DNA of 64,000 bases from Betaproteobacteria bacterium. Lineage in GTDB: Bacteria > Pseudomonadota > Gammaproteobacteria > Burkholderiales > SG8-41. Shown one piece after another: positions 18,255 through 27,826 of this stretch; the stretch's first letter is position 1, and each line of letters opens with the position of its first letter. Below the pieces are notes generated by a model. That model had not been told where the DNA came from and did no database searches. It was given only the letters and a program-made list of their open reading frames with translations. The position numbers and the translations under genes are program-made. Where the stretch lies: the NCBI GenBank assembly GCA_023266235.1, contig JAHFRL010000010.1:5555-69554 (forward strand). The letters are read 5' to 3'.

Positions 18255-19115
18255 ATGCGCCTGAAATTCACCAAAATGCACGGGCTCGGCAACGACTTTG
18301 TCGTGCTCGACGCGACGCGCGCACCGCTCGAGCTTACGCGCGAGCAACTGCGCCGGATCGCCGACCGCCACTTCGGCATCGGCTGCGACCAGATCCTGCG
18401 GGTCGAAAAGCCGCGCCAGCCTGGCACCGACTTCTATTACCGCATTTTCAACGCCGACGGCGGCGAGGTCGAGCAGTGCGGCAACGGCGCACGCTGCTTC
18501 GTGCGCTTTGTGCGGGACTGGGGCCTGACCGACAAAAGTGAAATCCGCGTCGGTACGCCCGGCGGCGTGATCGTGCCGCGGCTCGAGGCCGACGGCCAGG
18601 TGACGGTCGACATGGGCGTGCCCGAGTTCGAACCGCCGCGCATCCCGTTCGATGCACCGGGGCGTGCGCCGATTTATCAGCTCGACATCGGCGGCAGGAA
18701 AGTTGAAATCAGCGCGTTGTCGATGGGCAATCCGCACGCTGTGCAGGTGGTGGCCGACGTGGATGCCGCGCCGGTACGCACCGAGGGTGCTGCGATCGAG
18801 ATTCATCCGCGCTTTCCCCGGCGCGTCAATGCGGGCTACATGCAGGTAACGGGCCGCGGCCATATCAGGCTGCGCGTATACGAGCGCGGCGCCGGCGAGA
18901 CGCTCGCCTGCGGTACCGGGGCCTGCGCGGCCGCGGTCGCCGGCATCCAGCGCGGATTGCTCGACCAGCGCGTGACAGTCACTACGCGCGGCGGCGACCT
19001 CAGTATATTATGGGAGGGTGAAGGCAAGCCGGTCATGATGACCGGGCCCGCCGTCACCGTATTCGAGGGCGAAATGGAACTGGACGCCATCTCAAAAAAC
19101 AAGGCGGCAATATGA
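18255..19115 (+). CDS. dapF: Diaminopimelate epimerase
   Basis: [37 protein letters not shown] (two catalytic Cys). Confidence 0.9.
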   Translation: MRLKFTKMHGLGNDFVVLDATRAPLELTREQLRRIADRHFGIGCDQILRVEKPRQPGTDFYYRIFNADGGEVEQCGNGARCFVRFVRDWGLTDKSEIRVGTPGGVIVPRLEADGQVTVDMGVPEFEPPRIPFDAPGRAPIYQLDIGGRKVEISALSMGNPHAVQVVADVDAAPVRTEGAAIEIHPRFPRRVNAGYMQVTGRGHIRLRVYERGAGETLACGTGACAAAVAGIQRGLLDQRVTVTTRGGDLSILWEGEGKPVMMTGPAVTVFEGEMELDAISKNKAAI

Positions 19116-19756
19116 CACCTGATGCGGTCGCGAGTTACCTCAAGCAGCACCCCGAATTTTTCGAAGAGCACGCCGATTTCCTGGCGACGATCTTCATCCC
19201 GCACCCGCACGGCGGGCGTGCGATTTCGATCAGCGAGCGCCAGATACTCACGCTGCGCGAGAAGGGCAAGCAGCTCGAAGGCAAGCTGCGCGAGCTGATC
19301 GAATTCGGCGAGGATAACGACGCGATCGGCGAGAAGCTGCACCGGCTCACGCTGGCGCTGGTTGCGGCGCGCGACGCTGAGGCCGTGATCGAGGCGTTGT
19401 ACTTCAACCTGCGCGAGGATTTCGCGGTGCCGCATACCGTGTTGCGGCTGTGGAAGGAGGGCGCGCATCCGCGGCTGGCCGAGTTCGACGCCGTCAGCAC
19501 CGAGGCGCGCGAGTTTGCCGAGAGCCTGGCGAATCCCTATTGCAGCGCGCACGCGATGGTCGATACCGGAGCATGGTTCGGTGAGAACGCCGCGCACTTG
19601 CGCTCGTTTGCTTATGTCGCGCTGAAGAGCGGCCAGACTTTCGGGCTGCTCGCCATGGCGAGCGAAGACGCACAGCGCTTCTACCCCGAGATGGGCACGC
19701 TCTATCTGAAACGCCTGGGCGAGCTTACCGCGGCGGCGTTGTTGAGGTACTTGTGA
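19112..19756 (+). CDS. DUF484 family protein
   Basis: [20 protein letters not shown]-terminus, in the classical dapF-DUF484-xerC context. ATGA overlap with dapF. Confidence 0.8.
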   Translation: MTPDAVASYLKQHPEFFEEHADFLATIFIPHPHGGRAISISERQILTLREKGKQLEGKLRELIEFGEDNDAIGEKLHRLTLALVAARDAEAVIEALYFNLREDFAVPHTVLRLWKEGAHPRLAEFDAVSTEAREFAESLANPYCSAHAMVDTGAWFGENAAHLRSFAYVALKSGQTFGLLAMASEDAQRFYPEMGTLYLKRLGELTAAALLRYL

Positions 19757-19781
19757 AGGGTGAAGGGTGAAGGGTGAATGG
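19753..19781 (+). repeat. Tandem heptamer repeat, about 3.5 x GTGAAGG, starting on the DUF484 TGA stop and covering the candidate xerC GTG start
   Basis: gtgaagggtgaagggtgaagggtgaatgg. Confidence 0.9.
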
Positions 19782-20699
19782 ACTCGGGCAAAAATACCCG
19801 CTGTAAAGAATGCGGGCGCAGCGAAGCTGCTCGAGAACTACCTCGGCCATCTCGCCAACGAGCGGCGCTTAAGCCGGCACACCGTCCTCAACTACCAGCG
19901 CGATATCGCGGCGCTGCTCGAGCTTGCCGCCGACACGCCGCTTGCCAAGCTGCAGCTCCACAATATACGGCGCTTCGTCGCGCAATTGCACGCACGCGGG
20001 CTCGACGGCAGGAGCCTCGCGCGCATGCTGTCGGCGTGGCGCGGATTTTACCGCTACCTCGCACGCGATCACGGCTACACCAGCAACCCCTGCATCGGGC
20101 TGCGCGCGCCGAAATCCAAGAAGACCCTGCCGCAGGCACTGTCGCCCGATGAGGCCGGACGGCTGATGGACCTCCCGGACGGCGCTGCGCTCGCGACCCG
20201 CGACAAGGCGATCTTCGAGCTGTTCTACTCTTCGGGATTGCGTCTGTCGGAGCTCACAAGTCTCGCGCCGACCGACATCAATTTCAGCGATGCGACGGTG
20301 CGCGTCACGGGCAAGGGGGCCAAGACGCGCGTGGTGCCGGTCGGCAGTCACGCGCTCAACGCGGTGCAGGACTGGCTCAGGCAGCGCGCGCTCTTGATCA
20401 AAGCCGGCGGCGATGCGCTGTTCGTCAACCGCAACGGCACGCGGCTGACGCCGCGCGCGATCCAGTACCGTTTCAAGCAATGGGCGTTGAAGCTGGGGCT
20501 CGATAGCGACGTGCATCCGCACATGCTGCGCCATTCGTTCGCGTCGCACGTGCTGCAATCGAGCGGCGACCTGCGCGCGGTGCAGGAGATGCTCGGCCAT
20601 GCGAGCATTTCGACGACGCAGGTTTATACCCATCTCGATTTTCAGTACCTCGCGAAGGTTTACGACGCCGCGCATCCGCGCGCGAGGAAAAAAAGCTGA
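19767..20699 (+). CDS. xerC: Tyrosine recombinase XerC (chromosome dimer resolution)
   Basis: LSRHTVLNYQRDI, GLRLSEL, HMLRHSFASHVLQSSGDLRAVQEMLGHASISTTQVYTH (R..HxxR..Y). Context is dapF-DUF484. The start is uncertain: GTG 19767 lies inside the repeat. Confidence 0.8.
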   Translation: MKGEWTRAKIPAVKNAGAAKLLENYLGHLANERRLSRHTVLNYQRDIAALLELAADTPLAKLQLHNIRRFVAQLHARGLDGRSLARMLSAWRGFYRYLARDHGYTSNPCIGLRAPKSKKTLPQALSPDEAGRLMDLPDGAALATRDKAIFELFYSSGLRLSELTSLAPTDINFSDATVRVTGKGAKTRVVPVGSHALNAVQDWLRQRALLIKAGGDALFVNRNGTRLTPRAIQYRFKQWALKLGLDSDVHPHMLRHSFASHVLQSSGDLRAVQEMLGHASISTTQVYTHLDFQYLAKVYDAAHPRARKKS

Positions 20700-20769
20700 G
20701 CCGCAAAGGACGCGGAGGACGCCAAGGAAAATCGAGAGGCGAAAAACGAGGAACGAGCGTTTGCTTTGA

Positions 20770-20807
20770 CCATCCACCATTCACCATTCACCGTTTACTG
20801 TTCACTC
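20770..20807. repeat. Tandem heptamers of TCACC/TTCAC type (complement of GGTGAAT family)
   Basis: ccatccaccattcaccattcaccgtttactgttcactc, in the xerC-rlmI spacer. Confidence 0.8.
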
Positions 20808-20883
20808 GCTTTTCTTGGCGTCTTGGCGGTTCAATTTGATCTTATCGGCGTTAATCGGCGCTCATCGGCGGCTCAATGTGCTA

Positions 20884-20912
20884 GTGAAGGGTGAAGAGTG
20901 AAGGGTGAAGGG
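20884..20912 (+). repeat. Tandem heptamer repeat, 4 x GTGAAGG/GTGAAGA, overlapping the rlmI GTG start
   Basis: gtgaagggtgaagagtgaagggtgaaggg. Confidence 0.9.
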
Positions 20913-22103
20913 AAGGCGCTGTCGCGTCTTATATTGAAGCCCGGCCGCGAGAAATCGCTCAAGCGCCGCCATCCGTGGGTGTTTTCGGGCGCGGTCGCGA
21001 AATTCAGCGGCACGCCGGACGCGGGCGACACCATCGAGGTACACAGCGCCGACGGGGAATTTCTGGCGGTGGCCGCGTGCAACCCGCAATCGCAAATCGT
21101 CGCGCGCGTGTGGGCTTGGGAGAAGCGGGAAATCGACGCCGCGTTTTTCCGGGACCGCATCGGACGCGCGGTCGCGCTGCGCAGCCAGCTGCTTCCGGAG
21201 TGTGAATCGGTGCGTCTGGTGCACGCGGAGTCGGACGGGCTGCCGGGCGTGGTGATCGACCGTTACGGCGACATCGTCGTGGTGCAATTGTCGAGCGCGG
21301 GTGCGATGCGCTGGCGTGACGCGGTCGCGGATGCCGTCGAAGCGGTGGTCAAGCCGACAACTGTTTTCGAGCGTTCAGATGCCGACGTGCTTGCGCTCGA
21401 AGGCCAGCAGCCGCGCGTGGGCTTGCTGCGCGGCGCTGCGCCGCCGGCGCAGGTAGTGGTAAACGAAGCGGGTGCAATGTTCGAAGTCGACGTGCCGCAT
21501 GGCCATAAGACGGGTTTTTATCTCGACCAGCGCGATAACCGGCTGCGGCTGCGTGAGCTTGCCGCCAAGCGCGAAATGCTCGACTGTTTTGCCTACACCG
21601 GCGGTTTCACCGTGAACGCGCTCATCGGCGGCGCCGCGACCGTGACCGCGCTCGACAGCTCGGGTTCGGCGCTCGAATTGCTTGCGCGCAACGTCGCGCT
21701 CAATCGGCTGCCGCAGGCCGAATGCATCGAAGGCGACGTGTTCCAGTTATTGCGCAAGATGCGAGACCAGGCGCGCAGTTTCGATCTGATCGTGCTCGAC
21801 CCGCCGAAATTCGCGCCGACCGCGGCGCACGCCGAGAAAGCGTCGCGCGCCTACAAGGACATCAACCTGCTCGCGTTCAAACTGCTGCGGCCGGGCGGGC
21901 TGCTGTTGACGTTCTCATGCTCGGGCGGCGTGTCGCGCGAGCTGTTCCAGAAAATCGTCGCCGGGGCCGCGCTCGACGCCGGCGTCGAGGCGCAGATCGT
22001 GGAGCAGTTGAGCGCCGGCGCCGACCATCCGGTCGCGCTCAATTTCCCCGAGGGCGAGTATCTGAAGGGGCTGATTTGCCGGGTGGCCGGTGCGTTGGGG
22101 TGA
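20898..22103 (+). CDS. rlmI: 23S rRNA (cytosine1962-C5)-methyltransferase RlmI-like, PUA + class I SAM methyltransferase
   Basis: RLILKPGREKSLKRRHPWVFSGAV (matches the E. coli RlmI N-terminus as I recall it), DCFAYTGGF, VLDPPKF. Confidence 0.75.
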   Translation: MKGEGKALSRLILKPGREKSLKRRHPWVFSGAVAKFSGTPDAGDTIEVHSADGEFLAVAACNPQSQIVARVWAWEKREIDAAFFRDRIGRAVALRSQLLPECESVRLVHAESDGLPGVVIDRYGDIVVVQLSSAGAMRWRDAVADAVEAVVKPTTVFERSDADVLALEGQQPRVGLLRGAAPPAQVVVNEAGAMFEVDVPHGHKTGFYLDQRDNRLRLRELAAKREMLDCFAYTGGFTVNALIGGAATVTALDSSGSALELLARNVALNRLPQAECIEGDVFQLLRKMRDQARSFDLIVLDPPKFAPTAAHAEKASRAYKDINLLAFKLLRPGGLLLTFSCSGGVSRELFQKIVAGAALDAGVEAQIVEQLSAGADHPVALNFPEGEYLKGLICRVAGALG

Positions 22104-22193
22104 ATAGTGAATAGGAAGTGGTAAATAGGGAATAGGCAACAGCAGTACGCATCGCGCGCCTGACCATTTACTATTTCCCATTCCTCATTTACC
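22099..22193. repeat. Inverted heptamer-repeat hairpin between convergent rlmI and yidD; the arms cover both stop codons
   Basis: The left arm is ggtgaatagtgaataggaagtggtaaatagggaatagg. The right arm is ccatttactatttcccattcctcatttacc. The spacer is 27 nt. Confidence 0.85.
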
Positions 22194-22410
22194 GATTCTT
22201 AGGCGGCACCGGATCGACGCCGCCGGGATGCCACGGGTGGCAGCGCAGTAACCGCAGGATCGCGAGCCAGGTTCCTTTGAGCGCGCCGTGGGTGTCTATC
22301 GCCTCGGCCGCGTAGGCCGAGCAGCTAGGGTAAAAGCGGCATTGCCCGCCGAAAAACGGGCTGAAGCACAGTTGATAGCACTTGATCAGCAGCAGGAGGG
22401 CTTGCTTCAT
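22189..22410 (-). CDS. yidD: Membrane protein insertion efficiency factor YidD
   Basis: [32 protein letters not shown]...[17 protein letters not shown]. Start moved to ATG 22410. Confidence 0.85.
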   Translation of the reverse strand: MKQALLLLIKCYQLCFSPFFGGQCRFYPSCSAYAAEAIDTHGALKGTWLAILRLLRCHPWHPGGVDPVPPKNR

Positions 22411-22562
22411 GGCGACGTTGCGGGGGTGCGACGGGCAAATACCCTGGGCGATCGAGTATATAACACCCGCTGCCGGGTTCCCGCGCCGATTTTGCAACCG
22501 TCCGCCTTATGCTGTAATCTGTCCCGCCTTAATCGCTCGTCACTCCCATCGGGCATGACCCT

Positions 22563-22889
22563 ATGATCCTGAAGCGCGGCGTGTTGCAAATCGTGCTGGC
22601 AGCGTTGCTGGTGTCGGCGCAGCATGGCGCTCTCACGCACCAGGTGCGGCATTTGCAGGACAGTCTGCCGGCCCAGTCGCAGCAGCACGACGACGGCAAG
22701 CAGAGATCACAGTCCGGGCTGTGCGACTTTCACATCGCATTTGCCCAGATACTCGGGACCGTCAGCTTTGCCGCGCTGCCGCTGCGGATTGCCGCGAATA
22801 CGGTTGAACGCAGCACCAACCATTTACCCCCCGCCTTTCCTGCAAACCTAGTCGTTCCCGCTTCGCGCGGCCCGCCCGTTCTCCTTTAA
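22563..22889 (+). CDS. Small hypothetical exported/membrane protein (possibly DUF2946-like)
   Basis: Hydrophobic N-terminus ILKRGVLQIVLAALLVSAQHG and the segment SGLCDFHIAFAQ. It is the first gene of the metal cluster. The family call is weak. Confidence 0.35.
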   Translation: MILKRGVLQIVLAALLVSAQHGALTHQVRHLQDSLPAQSQQHDDGKQRSQSGLCDFHIAFAQILGTVSFAALPLRIAANTVERSTNHLPPAFPANLVVPASRGPPVLL

Positions 22890-22900
22890 CACAGCATAGG

Positions 22901-22923
22901 GGCAACTGCCGACGGCAGTTGCC
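22901..22923 (+). terminator. 23-bp perfect palindrome / stem-loop after the small ORF
   Basis: ggcaactgccg a cggcagttgcc followed by gcgttcctttgtg. It could be a terminator, attenuator or protein-binding site. Confidence 0.35.
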
Positions 22924-22953
22924 GCGTTCCTTTGTGTCAAGAGGAGAACTCAT

Positions 22954-24378
22954 GTGTATAAACGACATTTGATCGCTGCGGCGATCGCACTCACATTTGC
23001 CGGCCCGGTGCTGGCGCAGGATTCCGAGCTCGCGAAGATACGCCAAGAAATCAAGCAAATGAAGGATGCGTACGAAAAGCGCATCCAGGAACTCGAAAAA
23101 CGGCTGTCCGATGCGGAAGCCAAGGCGGGCAAAGCGGAAACCGCAGCCGGCAAGGCCGAGCAAAACGCCGCCCGGGCCGAGAGCGCCGCAAGTTCCGCTA
23201 CCGCCGCGCGCGGCGGCGAAAACGCGTTCAACCCCGCAGTGTCGTTGATACTGCAAGGCACTTACGCCAACACGTCGCAGGATCCCAATACCTACCACAT
23301 CACTGGTTTTGTGCCGTCGGGCGGCGACGTGGGACCGCCCAAGCGCAGCTTCGGGCTGGGGGAAACCGAGCTTGCGCTGGCCGCCAACATCGATCCTTAT
23401 TTTCGCGGCATCGCGATCGCGTCGCTTGCGCCCGCAGGCGGGGTCGATGTCGAGGAGGCGTACTTTCAAACGCTGGCGTTGCCGCAGGGCTTCACGCTCA
23501 AAGGCGGGCGCTTTTTCTCCGGCCTCGGCTATCTGAACGAGCAGCACCAGCACACGTGGGATTTTCAGGACGCGCCGCTCGCGTACAAGGCGTTTCTCGG
23601 CACCCAGCTCGCGCAGGAGGGCGTGCAGCTCAAATGGATCGCGCCGACGGATCTCCTGATCGAGCTTGGCGCCGAGTTGGCGAGCGGCGACAAATTTCCG
23701 GGCAGCGACCGCAATAAGAACGGTGTCGGCGGCAGCGCGCTGCTCGCGCATCTCGGCGGCGATATCGGCGACAGCTACGCGTGGCGCACCGGTGTGTCGT
23801 ATCTGAAGACTGCGCCCAACGGCCGCAGTTATCAGGACACCGACTCGCTCGGCGGCGTGGTCACCAACACCTTCACCGGCAACGCCAAATTGTGGGTCGC
23901 GGACGCGATATTGAAATGGTCGCCGCACGGCAACCCGAACTACTATAACTTCAAGCTGCAGGGCGAGTATTTCCGTTTCAAACAACGCGGGTCGTTGATC
24001 TATGACGACACCGCGCAGACCAATCTGTTTGGCGTCGTCAGCGATTATTTCCAGACCGATCAGTCGGGCTGGTACCTGCAAGGCGCGTGGCAGTTTTATC
24101 CGCGCTGGCGCGTCGGTTACCGCTACGACCGGCTCAACTTCGGCACGGTCAATAATGGCATCGTCAACAACGGGCTGGGCCCGACCGCTGCGGATTTCCC
24201 CTTGCTTGCCGGATACAGCCCGACGCGCAACACGCTGATGGTTGACTGGAGCCCGACCGAGTTCAGCCGCCTGCGGCTGCAGTTTGCGTCGGACAAGTCG
24301 CGGCTCGGACTTACCGACAACCAGGTATTCGTGCAATACATCTACAGCCTGGGCGCGCACGGCGCGCACAAGTTCTGA
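22954..24378 (+). CDS. Outer-membrane beta-barrel protein with N-terminal coiled coil (putative porin)
   Basis: Signal peptide AAAIALTFAGPVLAQ. A coiled coil (IRQEIKQMKDAYEKRIQELEKRL) is followed by alternating beta-strand-like sequence. The C-terminal ...GAHKF has the aromatic terminus typical of OMPs. GTG start. Confidence 0.7.
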   Translation: MYKRHLIAAAIALTFAGPVLAQDSELAKIRQEIKQMKDAYEKRIQELEKRLSDAEAKAGKAETAAGKAEQNAARAESAASSATAARGGENAFNPAVSLILQGTYANTSQDPNTYHITGFVPSGGDVGPPKRSFGLGETELALAANIDPYFRGIAIASLAPAGGVDVEEAYFQTLALPQGFTLKGGRFFSGLGYLNEQHQHTWDFQDAPLAYKAFLGTQLAQEGVQLKWIAPTDLLIELGAELASGDKFPGSDRNKNGVGGSALLAHLGGDIGDSYAWRTGVSYLKTAPNGRSYQDTDSLGGVVTNTFTGNAKLWVADAILKWSPHGNPNYYNFKLQGEYFRFKQRGSLIYDDTAQTNLFGVVSDYFQTDQSGWYLQGAWQFYPRWRVGYRYDRLNFGTVNNGIVNNGLGPTAADFPLLAGYSPTRNTLMVDWSPTEFSRLRLQFASDKSRLGLTDNQVFVQYIYSLGAHGAHKF

Positions 24379-24407
24379 TGTGTGAAGGTCAAGAAAAGGA
24401 TATTTCC

Positions 24408-25313
24408 ATGAATCAATGGCTGAAGCTGTTTTTGTCAACGATGTTGTGGCTGGCGGCGCAGCCGGCGCTTGCCGCGCTCAATATTTTCGCGTGTACGCCG
24501 GAATGGGGTGCGTTGAGCAAGGAACTCGCCGGCGACAAAGCGAATATCTACGTTGCGACCAACGCACTGCAGGATCCGCATCGCGTCGAGGCGCGGCCGA
24601 GCCTGATCGCGCGCGCGCGCAGCGCCGATCTGGTGGTATGCACCGGCGCGCAACTCGAGATCGGCTGGTTGCCGCTGGTGCTGACGCAGGCCGGCAATGC
24701 CAAGATACAGCTCGGACAGCCGGGCTACTTCGAAGCGGCGCAGCAAGTAGTCCTGCTGGATGTGCCGATGCTGGTCGACCGGTCGCAGGGCGACGTGCAT
24801 CCCGGCGGCAACCCGCACATTCACCTCGATCCGCGCAATATCGCGAAGATCGCCATGGCGCTGAGCGAACGCATGGCGCAACTCGATCCGGCGGAAGCCG
24901 AAAATTATCGCGCCCGCACCAAGGCGTTCCTGGAGCGCTGGCAGCAGGCGATCGCGCGGTGGGAGAAGGAAGCGGCGCCGCTCAAGGGGATGGCGATCGT
25001 TGGTTATCATAAAAACATGACCTACCTTGAGCAATGGCTCGGGATCCGGGAGATCGGCCAAATCGAGCCGAAGCCGGGTTTGCCGCCGACGACCGCGCAT
25101 TTGAGCGATTTGCTCACGCGCTTGCAAAAGGACCCGGCCAAGGCGGTGGTGCGTGCCGCCTACAACGAGCCGCGCGCCGTGGAGTGGCTGTCGGAGCACG
25201 CCAAGATACCGGCGGTCATGCTGCCCTTTACCGTCGGCGGCAGCGACCAGGCCAAGGATTTGTTCGGTCTGTTCGACGACTCGCTGGCACGGCTGCTCGT
25301 GGTGGCGAAATGA
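24408..25313 (+). CDS. Metal (Zn/Mn-type) ABC transporter substrate-binding protein, ZnuA/TroA-like
   Basis: Signal peptide LFLSTMLWLAAQPALA, DPHRVEARPS, GDVHPGGNPHIHLDP. Start moved to ATG 24408. Confidence 0.75.
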   Translation: MNQWLKLFLSTMLWLAAQPALAALNIFACTPEWGALSKELAGDKANIYVATNALQDPHRVEARPSLIARARSADLVVCTGAQLEIGWLPLVLTQAGNAKIQLGQPGYFEAAQQVVLLDVPMLVDRSQGDVHPGGNPHIHLDPRNIAKIAMALSERMAQLDPAEAENYRARTKAFLERWQQAIARWEKEAAPLKGMAIVGYHKNMTYLEQWLGIREIGQIEPKPGLPPTTAHLSDLLTRLQKDPAKAVVRAAYNEPRAVEWLSEHAKIPAVMLPFTVGGSDQAKDLFGLFDDSLARLLVVAK

Positions 25314-26077
25314 ATTCCGCCATCGTTGACCTCAGCATCCTGTGGCCGGCATTCGCCGCCGGCCTGCTGGTGACCGCGACGCACGTGCCGCTCGGCATCC
25401 AGGTGCTCAATCGCGGCATCGTGTTCATCGATCTCGCGATCGCGCAGATCGCGGGCCTGGGCGTGATTTGCGCCGACTGGTTGGGCTTCGAGCCGCAGGG
25501 CTGGGCGGTGCAGGTGTCGGCACTGGCGGCGGCGCTCGCCGGCGCCTTGCTGCTGACGTGGACCGAGAAACACTGGCCCGAGGTGCAGGAAGCGGTGATC
25601 GGCGTCACGTTTATCCTTGCCGCCAGCGGCGCGCTGATTGTGCTGGCGAGCAATCCGCGCGGCGCCGAACACCTGAAGGATCTGTTGGTCGGGCAGATCC
25701 TGTGGGTGAATCCGGGGCGGCTGGGGCTCGTCGCGCTGGTTTACGCCGCGATCTTGCTGGCCTGGTTCACGCTCGGCGAACGCGTCGGCCGCGTCGGTTT
25801 CTACCTGCTGTTCGCATGCGCGGTTACGGCGTCGGTGCAGTTGGTCGGGTTGTACCTGGTGTTTACCTCGCTGATCGTGCCGGCGCTCGCGACGCGGCGT
25901 TTCCCGCGCCGTCGTGTCGCCACCGGTTATGCGCTGGGCGGCGCCGGTTACGCGTTGGGTTTGATCGCGTCAACCGTGACCGACTTGCCGTCCGGTCCGG
26001 CCATCGTTTGGGTGATGACGGCGCTTGCCGTCGTGGTGTTCGTGTGTGGGCCGCGAAGTGCGGCGCGCCCGGCCTGA
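25310..26077 (+). CDS. Metal ABC transporter permease, ABC-3 (ZnuB-like) family
   Basis: Multi-TM protein with PLGIQVLNRGIVFIDLAIAQIAGLG and LVGLYLVFTSLIVPALATRR. ATGA overlap with the binding-protein gene. Start moved to ATG 25310. Confidence 0.75.
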   Translation: MNSAIVDLSILWPAFAAGLLVTATHVPLGIQVLNRGIVFIDLAIAQIAGLGVICADWLGFEPQGWAVQVSALAAALAGALLLTWTEKHWPEVQEAVIGVTFILAASGALIVLASNPRGAEHLKDLLVGQILWVNPGRLGLVALVYAAILLAWFTLGERVGRVGFYLLFACAVTASVQLVGLYLVFTSLIVPALATRRFPRRRVATGYALGGAGYALGLIASTVTDLPSGPAIVWVMTALAVVVFVCGPRSAARPA

Positions 26078-26174
26078 AGCAGTCAAGGTCGGCCTCGTGG
26101 CTTGATTTCTCGAAAGTGGCGCAACACCCGGCTTCGATATAAAGTTCACGGCAGCCATCGCATTTCGTTCCGGT

Positions 26175-27098
26175 ATGCACTCCAACGCTCGCGCCCACAA
26201 CCCTCACACCCACGAGACTGCGACCAAGACGGGGCGCGCGTTTGCGATCGGCATCGCGCTGAACATTGTCTTTGTGGTGGTGGAATTGGTTTTCGGCTTG
26301 TTGGCCAATTCGCTGTCGCTGATAGCGGACGCGACCCACAACTTCAGCGATGTGCTGGGCTTGGTGCTCGCGGGGGGAGCGTCGGCGCTCGCGCGCAGGC
26401 CGCCTTCAACGCGCTTTACTTACGGGTTGCGCGGCTCAACCATCCTGGCGGCGCTGGGTAATGCGATGCTGCTCCTGGTCGCCACCGGCGGAATTGCCTG
26501 GGAAGCCATTCTTCGCTTCAAGAGCCCTGGTGCAGTCAACGAATGGACCATGATCTGGGTCGCGGTTTTCGGGGTGCTGGTCAACGGGGGCACGGCATGG
26601 CTGTTCATGGCCGGACGCAAGTCCGATCTCAACATCCGTGCCGCCTATCTGCACATGGCGGCGGACGCCGGGGTGTCGCTCGGGGTGGCTGTTGCCGGTA
26701 TCGCGATATTGTTCACGGGGTGGATATGGCTTGATCCCGCCGCCAGCCTGCTGATCGTCACGGTAATTTTCGTCAGCACTTGGGGGTTATTGCGGGATGC
26801 CATCAAATTGGCGCTGCATGCGGCGCCCGAGAGCGTGGATCCGCTGGACGTGCGCCGCTACCTGGCGGAATTGCCGGGTGTCGCGGAGGTGCACGATCTG
26901 CACATCTGGGGGATGAGCACCACGGAAACCGCCTTGACCGCGCATCTGGTGATGCCGGCCGGGCATCCGGGGGACGAGTTCCTCGCCGGCGTCATTCACC
27001 AGATCGGGGACAGGTATCGCATCGGACATGCCACGATTCAGATCGAAACGGGAACCTCCGCAAAGCCGTGCATACTCGCCCCCGATCACGTGGTGTAA
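26175..27098 (+). CDS. Cation diffusion facilitator (CzcD/ZitB-like) metal exporter
   Basis: His-rich N-terminus, LLANSLSLIADATHNFSDV, AAYLHMAADAGVS and the C-terminal domain VHDLHIWGMS. Confidence 0.85.
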   Translation: MHSNARAHNPHTHETATKTGRAFAIGIALNIVFVVVELVFGLLANSLSLIADATHNFSDVLGLVLAGGASALARRPPSTRFTYGLRGSTILAALGNAMLLLVATGGIAWEAILRFKSPGAVNEWTMIWVAVFGVLVNGGTAWLFMAGRKSDLNIRAAYLHMAADAGVSLGVAVAGIAILFTGWIWLDPAASLLIVTVIFVSTWGLLRDAIKLALHAAPESVDPLDVRRYLAELPGVAEVHDLHIWGMSTTETALTAHLVMPAGHPGDEFLAGVIHQIGDRYRIGHATIQIETGTSAKPCILAPDHVV

Positions 27099-27196
27099 TG
27101 TGCTGGGGCAAGCGGTTTCCGCTGTTGAATTAACGCGGAATGCCCCCAATTATCCGCCATAATCACTGCTGTCTCATTCAGCGATAGACTTCCCGC

Positions 27197-27733
27197 ATGG
27201 AGCAATTTCACGGCACGACCATTATTTCGGCGCGGCGCGGCAAGCGCGTTGCGCTCGGCGGCGACGGCCAGGTCACGCTCGGCAACGTCGTGCTCAAAGC
27301 GAGCGCGCGCAAGGTGCGGCGTTTGTACGAGGACAAGATACTCGCCGGCTTTGCCGGCGGCACGGCTGACGCGTTCACGCTGTTCGAGCGCTTCGAGGCC
27401 AAGCTCGAGAAGCACCAGGGCAACCTGCTGCGCTCGGCGGTCGAGCTCGCCAAGGATTGGCGCACCGACCGCATCCTGCGCCGGCTCGAGGCGATGCTGG
27501 TGGTGTGCGACAGCGAGAGCTCGCTGATCATCTCCGGCAACGGCGACGTGCTCGAGCCCGAGCAGGGGCTGGTCGCGATCGGCAGCGGCGGGCCGTATGC
27601 GCAGGCCGCGGCGCGCGCGCTGCTCGAAAATACCGTCATGCCGCCCGAGGAAATCGTGAAGAAGGCGCTGGCCATCGCCGGCGACCTGTGCATCTATACC
27701 AATCAGCAGCATGTGATTGAAATACTTGAGTGA
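27197..27733 (+). CDS. hslV: ATP-dependent protease subunit HslV
   Basis: [37 protein letters not shown]. Confidence 0.95.
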   Translation: MEQFHGTTIISARRGKRVALGGDGQVTLGNVVLKASARKVRRLYEDKILAGFAGGTADAFTLFERFEAKLEKHQGNLLRSAVELAKDWRTDRILRRLEAMLVVCDSESSLIISGNGDVLEPEQGLVAIGSGGPYAQAAARALLENTVMPPEEIVKKALAIAGDLCIYTNQQHVIEILE

Positions 27734-27815
27734 AGGGTGAATGCGTGAAGGGTGAGGGGCGCGGTAGATCAGCGTCCCGGATTTTTCCCTTCACCCTTGA
27801 CCCTTCCCCCTTCAC
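27730..27815 (+). repeat. Inverted heptamer-repeat hairpin inside the hslV-hslU operon, starting on the hslV TGA
   Basis: The left arm is gtgaagggtgaatgcgtgaagggtgagggg. The right arm is cccttcacccttgacccttcccccttcac. Confidence 0.9.
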
Positions 27816-27826
27816 GAGTTGACGCC

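Noticed and set aside
17670-18863. 397-aa minus-strand ORF. The same pattern appears at 22762-24438 (minus), 33000-34700 (plus), 38267-39679 (minus), 47331-48359 (plus), 49721-50689 (plus), 51445-52410 (plus) and 52619-53758 (plus).
   Set aside because: All lie antisense to well-supported genes (GNAT/dapF, the OMP, mrdA, gatA, metX, ptsI, gshB, gshA). All show the Arg/Ala/Gly/His-rich composition expected of out-of-frame high-GC DNA.
19767-20699. Tyrosine recombinase as a marker of a mobile element or integron
   Set aside because: The conserved dapF-DUF484-xerC context and XerC-type motifs indicate the housekeeping chromosome-dimer resolvase. No attachment-site or cargo structure is adjacent.
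27752-27826. N-terminal extensions of track ORFs that begin inside or upstream of repeat elements or leaders. Starts affected: 27752, 39363, 43128, 59256, 25034, 24378 and 61988 on the plus strand; 12914, 16820, 2135, 35796, 33100, 52527, 22497, 56245, 57259, 45062 and 10238 on the minus strand.
   Set aside because: In each case a downstream ATG gives the family-typical N-terminus (for example [10 protein letters not shown] for HslU and MKWETVIG for GatB). The extension is repeat- or Arg/Pro-rich sequence, often crossing a riboswitch or hairpin.
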